DNA from: Chloroflexota bacterium | Lineage (GTDB): Bacteria; Chloroflexota; UBA11872; VXNJ01 | Assembly: GCA_965261345.1 (NCBI GenBank) | Contig: OZ253449.1 | Location: forward strand, 800,001-864,000 | Direction of reading: 5' to 3' | DNA: 64,000 bases | Shown: positions 62,725 through 64,000 of the stretch, in pieces | Layout: each line of letters opens with the position of its first letter | Numbering within the stretch: position 1 is the first letter of the stretch | Notes under the pieces: model-generated | Database searches by the model: none | Told to the model about the DNA's origin: nothing | Seen by the model: only the letters and a program-made list of their open reading frames with translations | Program-made: the position numbers and the translations under genes

Positions 62725-63471
62725 ATGGTAAATATCGAGGGCGCGGCGGCCCTGATAACCGGCGGCGGCACCGGCAGCGGGCGGGCCTGCGCCGAGGCCC
62801 TGGCGGCCCTTGGCGTTTCCGTTTGCCTCAACTATTCACGATCGGCGGCAGAAGCGCAGGCGGCCGCCACGGCTATCGATGATGCCGGCGGGACGGCCAT
62901 AACGTACAAGGCCTCGGTCGGCGACGAAGCCCAGGTCAAGGCAATGGTTGACCATGTTGCCGAGCATTTCGGCCGCCTCGACATCATCGTCAACAGCGCC
63001 GGAACCACCCATTTCATCCCTCATACTCAGTTGGACGATATGACCGACGAGAAGTGGGACGAAATTCTCCAGGTCAACTTGAAGGGGTCGTTTTACACGG
63101 TGCGCTGTGCGATCGAGCACCTCAAAGCCTCGCCCTGCGCCAGCGTTGTATCAATCTCATCGGTGGCCGGATTGAGTGGTGGTGGCAGTTCGATCGCCTA
63201 TGCGGTTTCCAAGGCCGGCCAGATCAGCATCACAAAATCGTTGGCGCGCGCCTTTGCGCCAATCCGCTTTAACGCAATCGCCCCGGGGGTCATCCTCACC
63301 CGTTGGGTCGAGGGCAAGGACGATTTCATCGCCAGCTACATCGATAGGACCCTGCTGGGCCTGGCCTGCACGCCGGCCGACATCGGCCAGGCCTGCGCTT
63401 TCCTAACCCAGGCGGGCACGATTACCGGGCAGACCCTGGTGCTCGACGCCGGCATCGGGTTGGGGAAGTAG
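62725..63471 (+). CDS. Short-chain dehydrogenase/reductase
   Basis: TGGGTGSG, VNSAG, YAVSK. Confidence 0.9.
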   Translation: MVNIEGAAALITGGGTGSGRACAEALAALGVSVCLNYSRSAAEAQAAATAIDDAGGTAITYKASVGDEAQVKAMVDHVAEHFGRLDIIVNSAGTTHFIPHTQLDDMTDEKWDEILQVNLKGSFYTVRCAIEHLKASPCASVVSISSVAGLSGGGSSIAYAVSKAGQISITKSLARAFAPIRFNAIAPGVILTRWVEGKDDFIASYIDRTLLGLACTPADIGQACAFLTQAGTITGQTLVLDAGIGLGK

Positions 63472-63531
63472 GATTCGAACTCAAGGTGGGGTCACAATCG
63501 GCCCGCAGCAATAAAGGGTTGGACGGACCAG

Positions 63532-64000
63532 TTGGCAATAGCTAGTCAAAACTCCACCGAATGCGATGATCTGGCCTTTGCCGATTCGCGCCGCAGCGTT
63601 GGCAATCGACCTGGGCGGACTGCCTGGCGGCGGCGGCGGCGCACCTGGTCATCTGATATTCAGGTCGTCTTTGACAAGGACCCGGCCGCGCGCAACATCG
63701 GCGAGGTGATGCTCTATCAGGGCCTGCACGCCGTCCTGTTGCACCGGCTGGCGCATATTCTCTACACCCGACGGATACCAATCATCCCGCGCTTGATCTC
63801 GCAATTTGCCAGGGTCGTTACCGGCGGAATCGAGATTCACCCGGGCGCCAAGATCGGGCGCCGGTTTTTTATCGATCACGGATCCGGGGTGGTCATCGGG
63901 GCAACCGCCGAAATCGGTGACGACGTGATGCTCTACCACCAGGTAACCCTCGGGGCGACCGGTTGGTGGCGCGATGTCGGACGCCCTGGTGGGCGCCGCC
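63532..64000 (+). CDS. cysE: Serine O-acetyltransferase (partial, start uncertain)
   Basis: Manual translation: [39 protein letters not shown]. Confidence 0.88.
   Translation, partial: MAIASQNSTECDDLAFADSRRSVGNRPGRTAWRRRRRTWSSDIQVVFDKDPAARNIGEVMLYQGLHAVLLHRLAHILYTRRIPIIPRLISQFARVVTGGIEIHPGAKIGRRFFIDHGSGVVIGATAEIGDDVMLYHQVTLGATGWWRDVGRPGGRR

Overview
GC-rich bacterial chromosomal window; gene content and protein style suggest Chloroflexota (inference). Most of it is housekeeping and catabolic genes: M23 peptidase/PASTA/rnc/ilvE, a degenerate Lon, a TatB fusion, nadE, rsmI, the ilvBNC-leuACDB-cimA operon with two putative leader peptides, a Liv ABC transporter, a Mo-hydroxylase large subunit, moeB, cysE and four tRNAs. 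The notable part is 13.5-23.4 kb, just after two tRNA-Ser genes. There a dead GH94 (ndvB/cgs-like) fragment has collected three IS110 bridge-recombinase elements, an IS3 and a group II intron, and the RNA guides can be read directly from the sequence. IS110-A's target guide matches the left end of another IS110 (IS110-B), and A is inserted exactly there. The intron's EBS1/2/3 read the antisense strand of the G-K-P-K-K codons of IS110-C, and its boundaries are non-canonical (GAACG...GAA) with a compensatory gamma-gamma' U-A pair. IS110-A and -C also share an unexplained, conserved ~210-nt non-coding right end. All calls come from reading the sequence by eye; no database searches were run.
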